Assembly (NCBI GenBank): GCA_964234715.1 | Contig: OZ174281.1 | Reading direction: 5' to 3' (one strand) | From: Podarcis melisellensis | Taxonomy: Eukaryota | DNA: 64,000 bases | In this document: piece after piece, positions 50,387-62,636 of the stretch | Layout: each line of letters begins with the position of its first letter | Numbering within the stretch: position 1 is the stretch's first letter | Program-made: the position numbers and the translations under genes | Notes under the pieces: model-generated | The model's input: only the letters and a program-made list of their open reading frames with translations | Told to the model about the DNA's origin: nothing | The model's database searches: none

Positions 50387-51231
50387 TCATTTGCTACACT
50401 TCCCTTTTTCTGCATTATTATTTGAGGAGTATCCATGTTACTTTTTATGTTCTGCCTGGCACCTAGTCAATCAAATGTTAAATAGCAATAAAAGTAGAAG
50501 CTCAGGGGGGAAATAAGTATGGAAGGCAGGGCCCTCCTAATGTACAAATGTGTTTGGTAACCCGAACAGAGTGATTTGATTTCTCATATTTGGATCCATT
50601 CTCTCCCACCCAGGTAGTGTAGAAAGGGTTATTCAATTTATTTATCCTCTCAACAATCATGGAAAATAGGTTACTCTGAAGAAGTACTAATATCTCCAAG
50701 TCCTGCCCCCCACCGCCAGTAATCTTCATCTCTCTGTAGGCATTTTGAATCTAGATTCGTTCCGTCAATTTTGTATCTGTGTATATGAGTACATGGGTAC
50801 ATTAAGAAAGATTTTTTATATAAAAAGATATAAATTATTTCATATGAATATATTGATCTATCACTTTAGAATTCTTAGAGAAATCAATGGATACCGACCC
50901 TCATTTTCTGACACGGGTAATAAACTTTCATAAGCCTGAGTTATGTTAGGTGTATTGAGTGAGAAAATGAAACACGCCTACACTTATACCCTAGTATTCC
51001 TGTTGACCTCAATATACTAAATATTAATAACCATGGGATTTTTATCGGAAGGTGATATTGCCTACTTTAGGACAATATATGCTGGATACGCCTTCCCAGC
51101 CAACTTATCTGTCTCTCTTTTTAAATATGGCAGAATGTTCAGAAACATGGTTTGCCTCACCTGCCGTGTGAAGGAAGGGACAGGGAATAGCGTGCCACCA
51201 TGTGGCTTTACTGAACATGTTGCTCCATCCT

Positions 51232-51362
51232 TAGAATCATAAAATGGTAGAGTTGGAAAGGACCGCAAGGGCCATCTAGTTCAGTCCCCTGCAATGCAGG
51301 ATTCTTTTGCCCAACATGGGGCTTGAGATTAAGAGTCTCATGCTCTACTGACTGAGCTACCA
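51232..51362 (-). mobile_element. tRNA-Lys(CTT)-derived SINE with CR1 3' end, copy 2
   Basis: Reverse complement reads TAGCTCAGTCAGTAGAGCATGAGACTCTTAATCTCA...AGCCCCATGTTGGGC, followed by a CR1-like tail ending TATGATTCTA. Confidence 0.82.
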
Positions 51363-51767
51363 GTGAATCTTATGTGCACACAACTAGATACAAGCTATGT
51401 CCTACTTTGTTTCTCTCCACACGTCTTGCATCACTCACTGCCTGCTACATGTTATTTGTTCATTGAATCGAAATCAAGTAATTGTATATAGCCTTTGAAT
51501 CCACAAAGAACTGACTTAAATCTATGTTTCACAAAAACCCTTAAGAGCCATAGTGTTTAAGAATTTTATTGGGCAGCATATAATATTTTTTAAAAATTAA
51601 TACCTTTCCCCTTCTCCTGCCCCTGTGTATACAGTGATCCCAGAGAAGTGAAACAAGGAGATTTCCCAGAGAAGTGAAACAAATCGTAAAAGTGTGGGAG
51701 GACCTTAGACATTAAGCCTTAGAATGAACTTTATATTTCCTTGCGCTTGAAATATATCGTTTGACTA

Positions 51768-51894
51768 GCTTTTGCCAGCATGATGCCTTCCAGCTGTTTT
51801 TGACTGCATCTCCCATAATCCCTCACCATTGGTCCAAAGTGGACAGCAGTTTGAGTCCAGCAACATCTGGAGGACACCTAGTTGGAGAAGGCTG
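51768..51894. mobile_element. Old palindromic hAT-type MITE
   Basis: gccttccagctgtttttgact and agtccagcaacatctggaggac form inverted arms. Confidence 0.6.
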
Positions 51895-51929
51895 TATTAG
51901 AGGTATAAGGCCTCCTTTTAGTGCCATGT

Positions 51930-52310
51930 TGAAGAACAGGAAAATGCCCTCTGGGTGAATCTCAAGGTTCATCTAGTCAGGCCTTCAGTCTCCCTCACTC
52001 AATGGAACATTTAGGTGGCTCATGAACAGGACACAGTAGGAAAAGCCACATCCGGTTTGCCCCAATCACATGGAACAAAGATGTGTACAGACTCTCAATA
52101 TGCAGATTTCATTTTTACATATCATGGATAATATATAGCCATTCATTTCTCTGTTCTTTTCAATGCCGTACATGCAACCGGCCACAAACTATTTTCATTT
52201 TTCCCTGTTTGCTTGCTTTTGTTTGTCTTAAACCTACTGCTAATCAATTTTATTGGATGCCCTGAGTTCTATAGCTTGTAGTAGAAAAAAAAAACATTTC
52301 TCTGTATTGA
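51930..52310 (-). mobile_element. Degenerate CR1 3' fragment
   Basis: aagaacagg...aaggttcatctagtcagg and ttttattggatgccctgagttcta...aaaaacatttctctgtat resemble reverse-strand CR1 sequence. Confidence 0.45.
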
Positions 52311-54143
52311 TACACTCCACTCTCTTCCTCATAGCTGTGTAAACTTAGGATGGCGGTCAGGGCTTCCTATGTTTCTGCATCTGAACAACTAAAGACCAAT
52401 ATTATTATTATTTCAATTTGAAGGCGAATGTTTCATCTGTGCTATGGCCTTTTTCCATGAATTTGCATGGGGTTCCCAAACTTTGTCATAGTAACTGAAG
52501 ACTAAGCTAACCAATAGACTAAAACTGACACAGGGACAAACAAAAGAGGACGCCTTCACCCCAGTATGGCTCCCCTTTATTAAATATGCAGCCCAACAAG
52601 AAGCCAGGAACCTCAGTAGGGATTAGGAGTGGGACTTGCTGAATTCAGCTTCCAAAGCTACTCACTTGATCTGAAGTGTGTGGATCACAACTCAGGTCCA
52701 ATCATGGGTCTGTTTCAGAGTCTGCAGGCCTGTGGATCTCTGTGCAACATTCTGAGAGATGTAATGCTGCCTCTATGGCCACAGCCTGGAGCTGCTACTG
52801 CAGGAGGCTTTTTGAATACAGTACAGCAAGTCCCTTTTGGAGTAGTGGTGGTTGGATTTCTGTGTCCCAGCTCAGTGATTTTTCAAACATTCTCCCTTTT
52901 GGGGAAGCCTTTCGACATGGACTTGTCTGCCAAGTAACTCCACTATGTTGTAGAAAATGCTAAGATGCCTTTGAGGGCACAGACCATCCACACAGGCTGC
53001 TGTTCTGGCTTGTTAGCTTCTCACCATTTCCCCATGGAAACTGAAAATGTAACTTTGAACACCTCTGTACTCTTTTGTGGGTGTCCTTGGCAGTGGATGA
53101 TTGGCCGCAAAGATTGGCCACCATCTTTTAGTGGTGCTTGTCTGCCATTACTGATAAATGCATGCTGATACTCTTATAAGCATGCATTTTCTGGAACACA
53201 ATTTGAAAACATTTGCCCTGAGTCTTGGTGATTAAGTAAAAACTTGGGGTGAGAAGGAATTCTAACATCCTCTAGCAGCTCTTGGGTAACTTACCTGTGA
53301 ACGCCCTTGTTGCATTTTAAGGAACATGGTCACATCATGGAGCCCCAAGTCCTGATTTTTGAAGAGTGCTGTAATTCAGATGCAGTTTCATGACTAGGTG
53401 TTATGTAGTGCTTACAAGCATATTTGCAATACTTGCTCATCTACCTATTGACTTATGATTTTGCCCAGAGGTCATTTTCTTTCACTTCATCTGACTCTTC
53501 TATTAAAGAATAGTGGAATTGCTCCAGAATAAATTATTAAAATCCCCTTCATGGAACTGGAGGTAAGTCATCAACAGTCACTGCCTACAGGTATCAGAGG
53601 CAGTTAAAACTTCTAACAAAACAGATATTTGAATCTTATCCAACATCAGCAGGAGCTCATCGCCCAACAAAACCAGAGCAGTCTACATCTGTTCTTTATG
53701 AGAGTAATGATGTAAATGGATACAACCCCCTTCTCTCTTTCTTTGGTCAACAATATGAAGCTTTGTCAGATACAAAATGTAGCAAACATTAGAAATGGGA
53801 ATGAATCAAAACTAGACAAGTAGCCATTTGTCTCCTGATTGAGCAAAAGGGAAGGTCCTTCAAACTTCACAAATGTTACCTCATTGCCGTAGCAGAAAGT
53901 TTAATGTGTGATTAGGAATACCTGAGGCTCGCTTGAAAATGTAAGATGCTATCTGACACCCTGATCCAGAGCACATTTGCCCACTGTGCCTCCTCCTAAG
54001 CGACACCACTTTTTGAAATATAGTAAGGTGTCTTACTATATACTTACTTACATCCACGTCTCATGTACCAAAAGCTCTCCTGCACCTTAATCCCCATTAA
54101 TTGTTCCACCAGTTCTGTGGCATCTTGTGCCCCTTCAGAGACC

Positions 54144-54284
54144 TAGAATCAAAGAACTGTAGAGTTATAAGGGACCGCAAGGGTCATCTAGTCCAATCCC
54201 CTGCAATGCAGGAATTTTCTTATGCAATGTGCCACTCAATGTGCAGATTAAGAGTCTCATGCTCTACCAACAGAGCTATCTGGC
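54144..54284 (-). mobile_element. tRNA-Lys-derived SINE with CR1 3' end, copy 3
   Basis: Reverse complement starts GCCAGATAGCTCTGTTGGTAGAGCATGAGACTCTTAATCT and has the same CR1-like tail. Confidence 0.8.
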
Positions 54285-54372
54285 TGTTCCCATCCCATTT
54301 CTCGTCTTGTCTTATCCCATGGCTTTATTGGCCTGACGTCTTCCCATTTCTTTAGCTCAAGCAATGAATGTA

Positions 54373-54429
<57 letters not shown>
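54373..54429. repeat. (AAT)19 microsatellite at an L2 tail
   Basis: Direct. Confidence 0.97.
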
Positions 54430-54700
54430 TTATTTATACCCCACCCTCTCCAGCCAAGGCCGGGCTCAGGACGAATAACAACCAATTATAAAAGCAAGTT
54501 GATTGAAATACAACTTAAAAACAAGGTTAAATACAACATTAAAACACAGTCTCATCACAGGAGGAGAAAGGAAAAAAGAAAGAGGGGGAGGGAATAAAAA
54601 TGACTCCAAGCCAAAGGCCAGGCAGAACAACTCTGTCTTACAGGCCCTGCGGAAAGAAATCAGATCCTGCAGGGCCCTGGTCTCATGAGACAGAGCGTTC
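54430..54700 (-). mobile_element. L2 LINE 3' fragment, second family
   Basis: Minus strand encodes NALSHETRALQDLISFRRACKTELFCLAFG (L2 ORF2 C-terminus), followed by a 3' UTR ending ggggtataaataa. Confidence 0.8.
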
Positions 54701-54796
54701 TCATGAATCCCGACAGCACTATAGCTTAGACTTGAAGCAAGGGGTGCTTATAGTGAGAGGAACCCCACATTCCTGGTAGTTTTATATCATTATAAT

Positions 54797-54933
54797 TGGG
54801 GGGGCATGTTTCCCTCCAGATGTTTCTGGACTACATCTGCTATTATCACTGACCATTGAGAATTGGCCATGCTGCCTCGGACTAATGAGAGTTGGAGTCC
54901 CAACAATATCTGGAGGGCCGCAGCTTCCCACCC
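54797..54933. mobile_element. Old palindromic hAT-type MITE
   Basis: ccctccagatgtttctggact and agtcccaacaatatctggaggg form inverted arms. Confidence 0.65.
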
Positions 54934-56204
54934 AAGCCATAATGGATGCTTTTGGGAAATGCTTCATCATCTATGCAAAACAATACATTTGGAAGATTTC
55001 TGTAGCTTTGGGCACCGCATATTAAGGGTGTTTAATGAAATCTATAGGCTGATACAGGTATTGATTAAGCCCAATCAGAGGTGACACACACTAATGAGAT
55101 CATGCAGCACTGAGGTTTGCATTTGGTTTTTCATTCAGCAGCTCTCCCTGCCAAATCCCCTAGCCACTTCCAAAACGTGGGATAAATGATAGTGGGTTTT
55201 ATGGAAAGAGCTGCTGAGCCACCCAACAGACCCAGATATGAGCATATCTGGTATGCGCACAGTTTTAGAACACATCTGTTACCTTTTTTTGCAGAGATGG
55301 GAGTCATTTCTATATCTTTATGCCTAGTTAAGCATATTTGCTTTGATCCAGAGGCCCCAGTGCCAACAAAGAAGCACTGGTGCACACCTGACAAGTCTCC
55401 AGTGTGACTGTACAACTCAGAGAGAGATAACCGGGGAATGCAGAATCATCATCACCATTAATTTATTACCCACACTTCACCCTAAGGTCCTGGGACAGGA
55501 TACAGCATTAAAACACAACATTAAAATCAATGTACAAGCAGAAATAAATAAAAAGGTGGTTCCTAAAAACACATGCATACTTGCCTTGGATAGAACCACA
55601 CCTTTCCGAGAACTAGATTTTAGCAATTAAATCTAAGTATTTATCATTTATTTAAAATGTTTTAAGGCCACCCTTTTCCGCCGTGTGACACAAGGGTAGG
55701 GTACAATAATATGAGTTAAAGCAAACAAATAGTGTAAGACAGTATAATAAAAGGAGTGACTTATGCCACCATTGGTCATTCTTCAAAGTCCACAGATCTG
55801 TGGAACAGGAGGGAACTGCACAGAGGCTGTAGTGCCAGAGAGTGAACTTAGGAGTGACCATGTAGACTCTCCTGTTGGACCAAGGTTGTGAAAGCCTTGC
55901 TAGCCTTGTCAGCCAGAAAGTTCCTGAGAGCATTCAAGAATCTCTCAGATACTGGGAGTCTCCAGAGGTGGATGATCTTTATAGGTCCGCCACACATGCA
56001 GTTGTTGCTGTCAGTCCAAATCACAACAGGTACTAGTTGATCACAACAGTGAGGTCATTATGTGCCTCTCCAGTTCCAGGCCACCCTTCCTGTGTTCGGA
56101 AGCAAAGACCAGATTGAAGACACGATCTGCACTATGTGTTGGGACCACCTTCATTTATCCAAAATGCAAAAACACATAATTCATTTATGTAGATAATGTA
56201 TATA

Positions 56205-56430
56205 CAGTGGTACCTCAGGTTACATACGCTTCAGGTTACAGACGCTACTAACCCAGAAATAGTACCTCGGGTTAAGAACTTTGCTTCAGGATGAGAACGG
56301 AAATCGGGCAGCAGCGGCGTGGCAGCAGCGGGAGGACCCATTAGCTAAAGTGGTGCTTCAGGTTAAGAACAGTTTCAGGTTAAGAACGGACCTCCAGAAC
56401 GAATTAAGTTCTTAACCCAAGGTACCACTG
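56205..56430. mobile_element. Tc1/mariner-pogo (Tigger-type) MITE, copy 2
   Basis: TA|CAGTGGTACCTCAGGTTA...TAACCCAAGGTACCACTG|TA. Confidence 0.9.
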
Positions 56431-58246
56431 TATTCAGAAGCGAATTATCATCAGTTCAGTGCAACTTACTCACAGGTAAATGTGCAGCCGACATTTGGCT
56501 ATATAGACAAGCATGGTGGCAAATCTCTCATCCAAAGTAATTTCACAATAATATTATTAGAAAGTAAGCCTACATATGTGCCATCCCATGTCTGCAAAAT
56601 AAATTAAGAAATGCCTGTGTGTGTGTTAGGTTGTGCAGTTAAGCTTCTGGTTTTCCACGGTGATTAGGAAATTGGGTGTTTACCTGTCTTTTGTAAAATT
56701 CACAAGGCTTTGTAAGACCAGCAGTAGTATTTGTAGTTATTTCTGTCTGTTCTGCTTTCACCGGCGGTTGTTAACAACCAGACAACAATTTATATTTTTT
56801 GTCTGAGTCCCACTGACCTGAATAAGATTCCAGATGGCAGGAGAGTTGGGCATGACCTTATGTTTTCAGCTCTTGTAGTTAGCATTTGTACTAATCAATA
56901 GGTTCTTTATTAAGGATAAGGTTGCTAATTCCCTGTGTATACCTAGTAGCAAATGTGTTCTTAGATTTCCTTTATTTATACGAATGTTTTCTACAAAATT
57001 TCCCGAGGCTTTCAAAATCAGCATTACTGCTTGGCAGCACTGAGCACTTTAGTCTGCGGTTCATCATTGTGTTGTTTCTAACCCAAACCCCTTCTTTTGG
57101 TTATAGCAAATGCTCCTGGATTCTAGGCAACAGAAGAGACGTAAATCTGGCCACTGTTCCTTAGCTGCACTGAACAATTCAAGCAAAAGTGCCTTTCATT
57201 TTGCATTGACAGAAATGTTTAATTTTGCTCATCGTTACAGCAGGTCACATAACATGGCATTTGCCCTTTTGTTTCATTGTGTTTGTTCTAAAATAACAAC
57301 CGAAACTCACCCAACAACAGCCCAGTAAAGCAGTGATCAGTAATAGCTTCTTGTAGTAAAAAGGGCTTATTAAAAGGATACTTTCTTCTTGGGTGAAAAA
57401 CTTACACCATAAATACTTTATATTACACAGAGCTATACTTTTCTTGTGTTCAGAGGTTGATTGCTTAAAATAATGGTTTTCCAGCAGCAGAGTTTGCCTC
57501 TCATTCCTGATATAGGCAGAATTCAGATAAAAATCCTAAAAATGAATGAACGTAGGTTACACATGGAAAGAGCCTATAAAGTTTTTCTTTCTCCTGTAAA
57601 CAAAGTGCAGGAGAGGAATTGCTAATACTGTACCATTCAATAGATATGGTTTTATTACGTGCTTCCAAAGACCCTTCATTGCAGCCCCAGCAATATGTAG
57701 TGTTCAGCAAACATGTCATAAAAATCAGATGCATTTGGTGTTAGCGCTGCTCAGTGATGTTTGTGGAATGGCTGGAGTTTTCTTTAAATAACTACAAAAG
57801 GTGGGTGCCTGCCCAGCCTCAGTAGCTAGGAATTTCAAAGATAAAGAGCAAGGGGTGGGGTAAAGGGGGGGCAACGGAAGATCAGTCTGACTGTGCTTCC
57901 TGATCATGCGTATTCACAATGTTTTCTATAAGTATATAAAGACTTTCATTTAATATTGCCAAGGTTCCTGGTAAGGATGATTCATAACTGAAGTCCAGTT
58001 CTCCTCAGGGATTAGGCACCAGGGTTTGTTTTTTGTTTTTCTAGCATAGCAACTGAATTTCATCATTCATTTTGTCATTTAGCGAGAGAAGAAGACAACT
58101 TCACCAAAGAAGTAAAAATGGGAAATAAATGGAAGCCATCTGTGTTTACTGTATTTTTTTAAAAAACATTTTGAAAGGGCTGTGGTGTTTCGTTCTCTTT
58201 ATCTAGGGTGGGTAGAGGAAAGCCCATCTTATCAATAGCCTTTAGG

Positions 58247-58249
<3 letters not shown>

Positions 58250-58283
<34 letters not shown>
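58250..58283. repeat. (GT)17 microsatellite
   Basis: Direct. Confidence 0.97.
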
Positions 58284-58288
<5 letters not shown>

Positions 58289-58370
58289 AAAAATAGTTAT
58301 TTGGTTTGTGTGTGTGTGTTTCTGTGGATGTTTGAAGACTGCATTATGCCCAAAGTGTTCAGAGAAGGCT

Positions 58371-58679
58371 NNNNNNNNNNNNNNNNNNNNNNNNNNNNNN
58401 NNNNNNNNNNNNNNNNNNNNNNNNNNNNNNNNNNNNNNNNNNNNNNNNNNNNNNNNNNNNNNNNNNNNNNNNNNNNNNNNNNNNNNNNNNNNNNNNNNNN
58501 NNNNNNNNNNNNNNNNNNNNNNNNNNNNNNNNNNNNNNNNNNNNNNNNNNNNNNNNNNNNNNNNNNNNNNNNNNNNNNNNNNNNNNNNNNNNNNNNNNNN
58601 NNNNNNNNNNNNNNNNNNNNNNNNNNNNNNNNNNNNNNNNNNNNNNNNNNNNNNNNNNNNNNNNNNNNNNNNNNNNNNN
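58371..58679. other. N-run, 309 nt
   Basis: Direct. Confidence 0.99.
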
Positions 58680-58723
58680 TTTTTAAGTGCTATAATGCAG
58701 CTGAATAATGATGAATGCAGTAG

Positions 58724-58728
<5 letters not shown>

Positions 58729-58778
<50 letters not shown>
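58729..58778. repeat. (AG)25 microsatellite
   Basis: Direct. Confidence 0.97.
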
Positions 58779-58781
<3 letters not shown>

Positions 58782-59869
58782 ACACACTATCAACGGATCT
58801 GGAAAACAAAATTTAAGGGGGAAGCTAAAACCAAAGCAGCTTAGGGGGTGAGAGGGTGAGCTTGAGGGGAAGCTTACCTTGTCACGTACCTAAGTTTGTA
58901 GGGGAAAGCACATAAAATGGAGGTTCATATTCTGGAATGGTACACTGTATGTAATGTAATTCCTCTCTCTCTCCCCCTCCCCTTCAGAGGTTGAGCAATA
59001 GTCTCAGTATTGTTCACATTGAAGGGCATCACATTAGCTTGTTAATTGAACTGCAGCATCCATGCTTGCTCTCCCTGAACAGTTTGGGGGAAATCCCCAT
59101 ATGTATGCCTACCCATGAAATTTCTAGAAATGCCAGGCAATCTCATACAAATTAAGATGAGGTTGTTTATGTTGCTTTTGTGTGTGCTGTGTGCACGTTC
59201 TTTTGCCAGACTGTCATTTCGCGCACGTGTGGGGTGAGCACGCATGTGCACGTGGCTGAAAAAAAGAGCAAAATCGGCAACAAAATGGAGTAGGCTGCAA
59301 CATCCTGTGACGTTGGACGCAGTATTTACAATACCTTAATTTAGTGTATATCTTTGTATCAAGGATACACCTGTGCAGCAAGGGAATATTTGGCCTAGTT
59401 GCCAAATACAGCATCCATGCTGCTCCCATATATTCCAATGGACCTCTCCGCAAAAACACTGCTCTTTGCATTGCCTCTGTTTGCCATGTGATCCAGATTT
59501 GTGGGTCCCCTTGTGGGTAGGTGCAAATGTGTTCATTGAAGAGTTTGGCTGTCATCAGGAAAGAATGAGTAAGTTTCCTCAGATGTGTGGTTTTTTTACA
59601 TGGCGCATCTTGGCATTCTCAGCAAAGATTTCTTGCGTTTCCTAACATTCCCTTATTGCTGCCTCCATTGTTGTATTCTTATTGGACCCTTGGCCTCCAC
59701 CCTCTAAGGGAAAGGTACAAATAGTTCCAGGTATGTGGGGATTCATTCAGAGACATGTCCAGAGCCAGCAACCCCATTGCTCTTGCAGCAGCAGATGAAC
59801 AGGAGGAATTGCTCCTCTGTGAACATCCAGTCACTCACCACCTTTATATTTTAGAGTGTATTGGAATGT

Positions 59870-59985
59870 ATGGGACCCTCTAGGTCTTGTGGACTACAGT
59901 TTCCATCAGCCCAAGCAAGGATAGCCAATAGTCAGGGATGATGGGCGTTGTAGTCCAAAGTGGTGGTCTGGAAGCCATTACTTTG
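59870..59985. mobile_element. Old palindromic hAT-type MITE
   Basis: tggactacagtttccatca and tgatgggcgttgtagtcca form inverted arms. Confidence 0.65.
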
Positions 59986-60307
59986 ATATAAGCCCCTGGA
60001 ATATATCAACAAAAAAATCTAGTGGCACTTTAAAGACAAAGATCAGAAAGGGTCTTGATCTTTTATGGTAATCCAAATGGTTTCAAGCACGCATAGGGTG
60101 CCTTTTTTAAAAACAAAAAAAAAATTTGTACCAGGTGTTTCTCATGGGGTTCTAGGTTTGAAACTCCTGGAAGGTATATATTTAGAAAGGGGAGGGCTGA
60201 GTTTAAAAAAACTGAGGCACTTGCACACACCTTTCATACTTTTGGTGTACTCACACCTGTACGCTCATCCTTCGGTGTTGGTGTTGTCCAGCACTGACTT
60301 GCATATG

Positions 60308-60331
60308 TAAGAATACAGAGATGGGCATAAG

Positions 60332-60400
<69 letters not shown>

Positions 60401-60550
60401 CCAGTCAGTCCTGCTGGATCAAACCATAATCCCGACTAATCTACCCTTCTGTTCCTACATTGGCCAACAAGGTACCTATGGAAAATCCACAAGTAGTGTC
60501 CCAATCACATTCTCCCATTTCAACTCAGACAAAGTGCTGTACATTCAACC
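60308..60550 (-). mobile_element. CR1 3' fragment containing an interrupted (AG)n microsatellite (60335-60398)
   Basis: cataagaac[(AG)n]...cctgctggatcaaacca...tggccaacaagg...tatggaaaatccacaag; related to 11690. Confidence 0.55.
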
Positions 60551-60838
60551 TTACACTATAAAGTGATGAAGCACTGAATGCATGGATGCATGAATCAACC
60601 CTCTGAGTACTTCAGATGCACACAGTAGGGAAAATCTTGCTTCTTAGTTTCCCAAATTTTTGTAGAAGTTTACAAAGAAAATGAGAAGGTCTATATGCAG
60701 GTGGTGTGTTTTTTTTAAGTGTTTAGAATTAATATTAGTTAAAATCAGCCTCGGTGGTCATGTGTCTGTCATTAGAGTAGAATAAGATCACAATAATAAT
60801 AATAATAAAAGGTTGTTGACCTTTCTGCTGTAATTTTT

Positions 60839-61129
60839 NNNNNNNNNNNNNNNNNNNNNNNNNNNNNNNNNNNNNNNNNNNNNNNNNNNNNNNNNNNNNN
60901 NNNNNNNNNNNNNNNNNNNNNNNNNNNNNNNNNNNNNNNNNNNNNNNNNNNNNNNNNNNNNNNNNNNNNNNNNNNNNNNNNNNNNNNNNNNNNNNNNNNN
61001 NNNNNNNNNNNNNNNNNNNNNNNNNNNNNNNNNNNNNNNNNNNNNNNNNNNNNNNNNNNNNNNNNNNNNNNNNNNNNNNNNNNNNNNNNNNNNNNNNNNN
61101 NNNNNNNNNNNNNNNNNNNNNNNNNNNNN
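60839..61129. other. N-run, 291 nt
   Basis: Direct. Confidence 0.99.
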
Positions 61130-62421
61130 AAGAGTACAATGTGTGTGCTTTTGGCACTCTGTGCAACACGTGGAGAGAAATTCGGATGATATCTCCCCTA
61201 CCCCATGCCCTTCCACATTGCAGCGGCACCAAGTTTATAATGCAACAAATGCTTGGGTGTTACTTAGTTGTTGCAAGGGCCCAGGGAACTTTCCTCTAAT
61301 AGCATTTCTGTGGCACATTTTATGTTGCCAGCAGTATTTTGTTAAGGACCTCCAGTTATATCATATATTGGGGTAGGGTGCTGTGTGGAATGTGGCCACA
61401 TGAGTGTCAGAGGCATCTATTGGACAATGCCTGTGACATCACTAATGACAAACCACACTGTGGCCTTTTGTTTTGTTTTCACATTTTTATCCTGGGAGTG
61501 CTAATGATGCCTTTGTTTGAAAAGTGGTAAATGCCTGCAAGGCTACTTCCCTGGGCCACACAGCATGTTCTTCCACTTTGTGGGCCATTCTACTATTTTT
61601 TGAAAATGAGTTATGAAGGTTGAGCCCTCCTCTCTTCAAAGCTAGAGTGCAGAGCTCTCTCCTATTAAAAACCAAGCAAACACATATGAACACTCAAAGT
61701 GCCCCCACCCAAACATACATGCGCAAAGGAAACCAAGTGCACCTATCCCCCACTACAAAGTTAGCTCCCCGTTTATTTTATGGGACCAGCGTACATCGCT
61801 ACTGGCATTTGCAATGGGAGCTTTTGCAAGAATAGCACAATAAATTAAAATTCACCATCCCCATTATTTTTTGCTATTTTAGAAGACTGTGTGCATGCAT
61901 ATGTGTGAGCAAGAGCGAGAAAGAGAAAGATGTCAAGTCATTTCAGCCAGGACTTTTTCTTCGATTGTGTTTTATTGGAGCTTTTGTTCTGTTTGTCAGT
62001 GTAGGGCAAGCAGAGCATTTTGAATTACTGCTGGTTTGTTTATATAAATGTTGTTATGTCTTGTTTAAGGGGAAGATTTAAAGGTTGCACCCCATATTAT
62101 TATTTCTGTTTAACTGGAGTGCCACTGTGAGTCATTCTCATGACTAAAATTGTAATATGGAAAGTTTGTGTCCGCCTGCAGGTTGGACTTGGCTGTGACA
62201 AACTTCCTTCTTGATTCCTGACTCCACCTGCAATGTCAAAAGTCCTTCTCATGGTATGATTTTGTTTGTGCCAGCAACTTTTGGGAACATTTCATGAATT
62301 GCAACATATGAAGCTGATCTGAGGTTTCATGCTATCAAAGAAGTCCTTAGGATGGAGTGTGCCAATACCATGCCTGTGTTTCTCCACAAAAGCAGGCTAG
62401 CAGTAGTTGGTACTGTACAGG

Positions 62422-62636
62422 GATGATGATGATGATGATATACCCCGCCCATCTGGCTGGGCTTCCCCAGCCACTCTGGGCGGCTTCCAACCAAATATTA
62501 AAATACAGTAATGCATCAAACATTAAAAGCTTCCCTAAACAGGGCTGCCTTCAGATGTCTTCTAAAAGTTTGGTAGTTGTTGTTCTCTTTGACATCTGGT
62601 GGGAGGGCATTCCACAGGGTGGGCGCCACTACCGAG
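62422..62636 (-). mobile_element. L2 LINE 3' fragment with (GAT)n tail
   Basis: Minus strand encodes SVVAPTLWNALPPDVKENNNYQTFRRHLKAALFREAFNV*, typical of the L2 ORF2 C-terminus. Confidence 0.88.

Noticed and set aside
51290-51362. Functional tRNA-Lys gene
   Set aside because: The variable and T-arm region is deleted and it is fused to a CR1 tail in three diverged copies, so it is a SINE.
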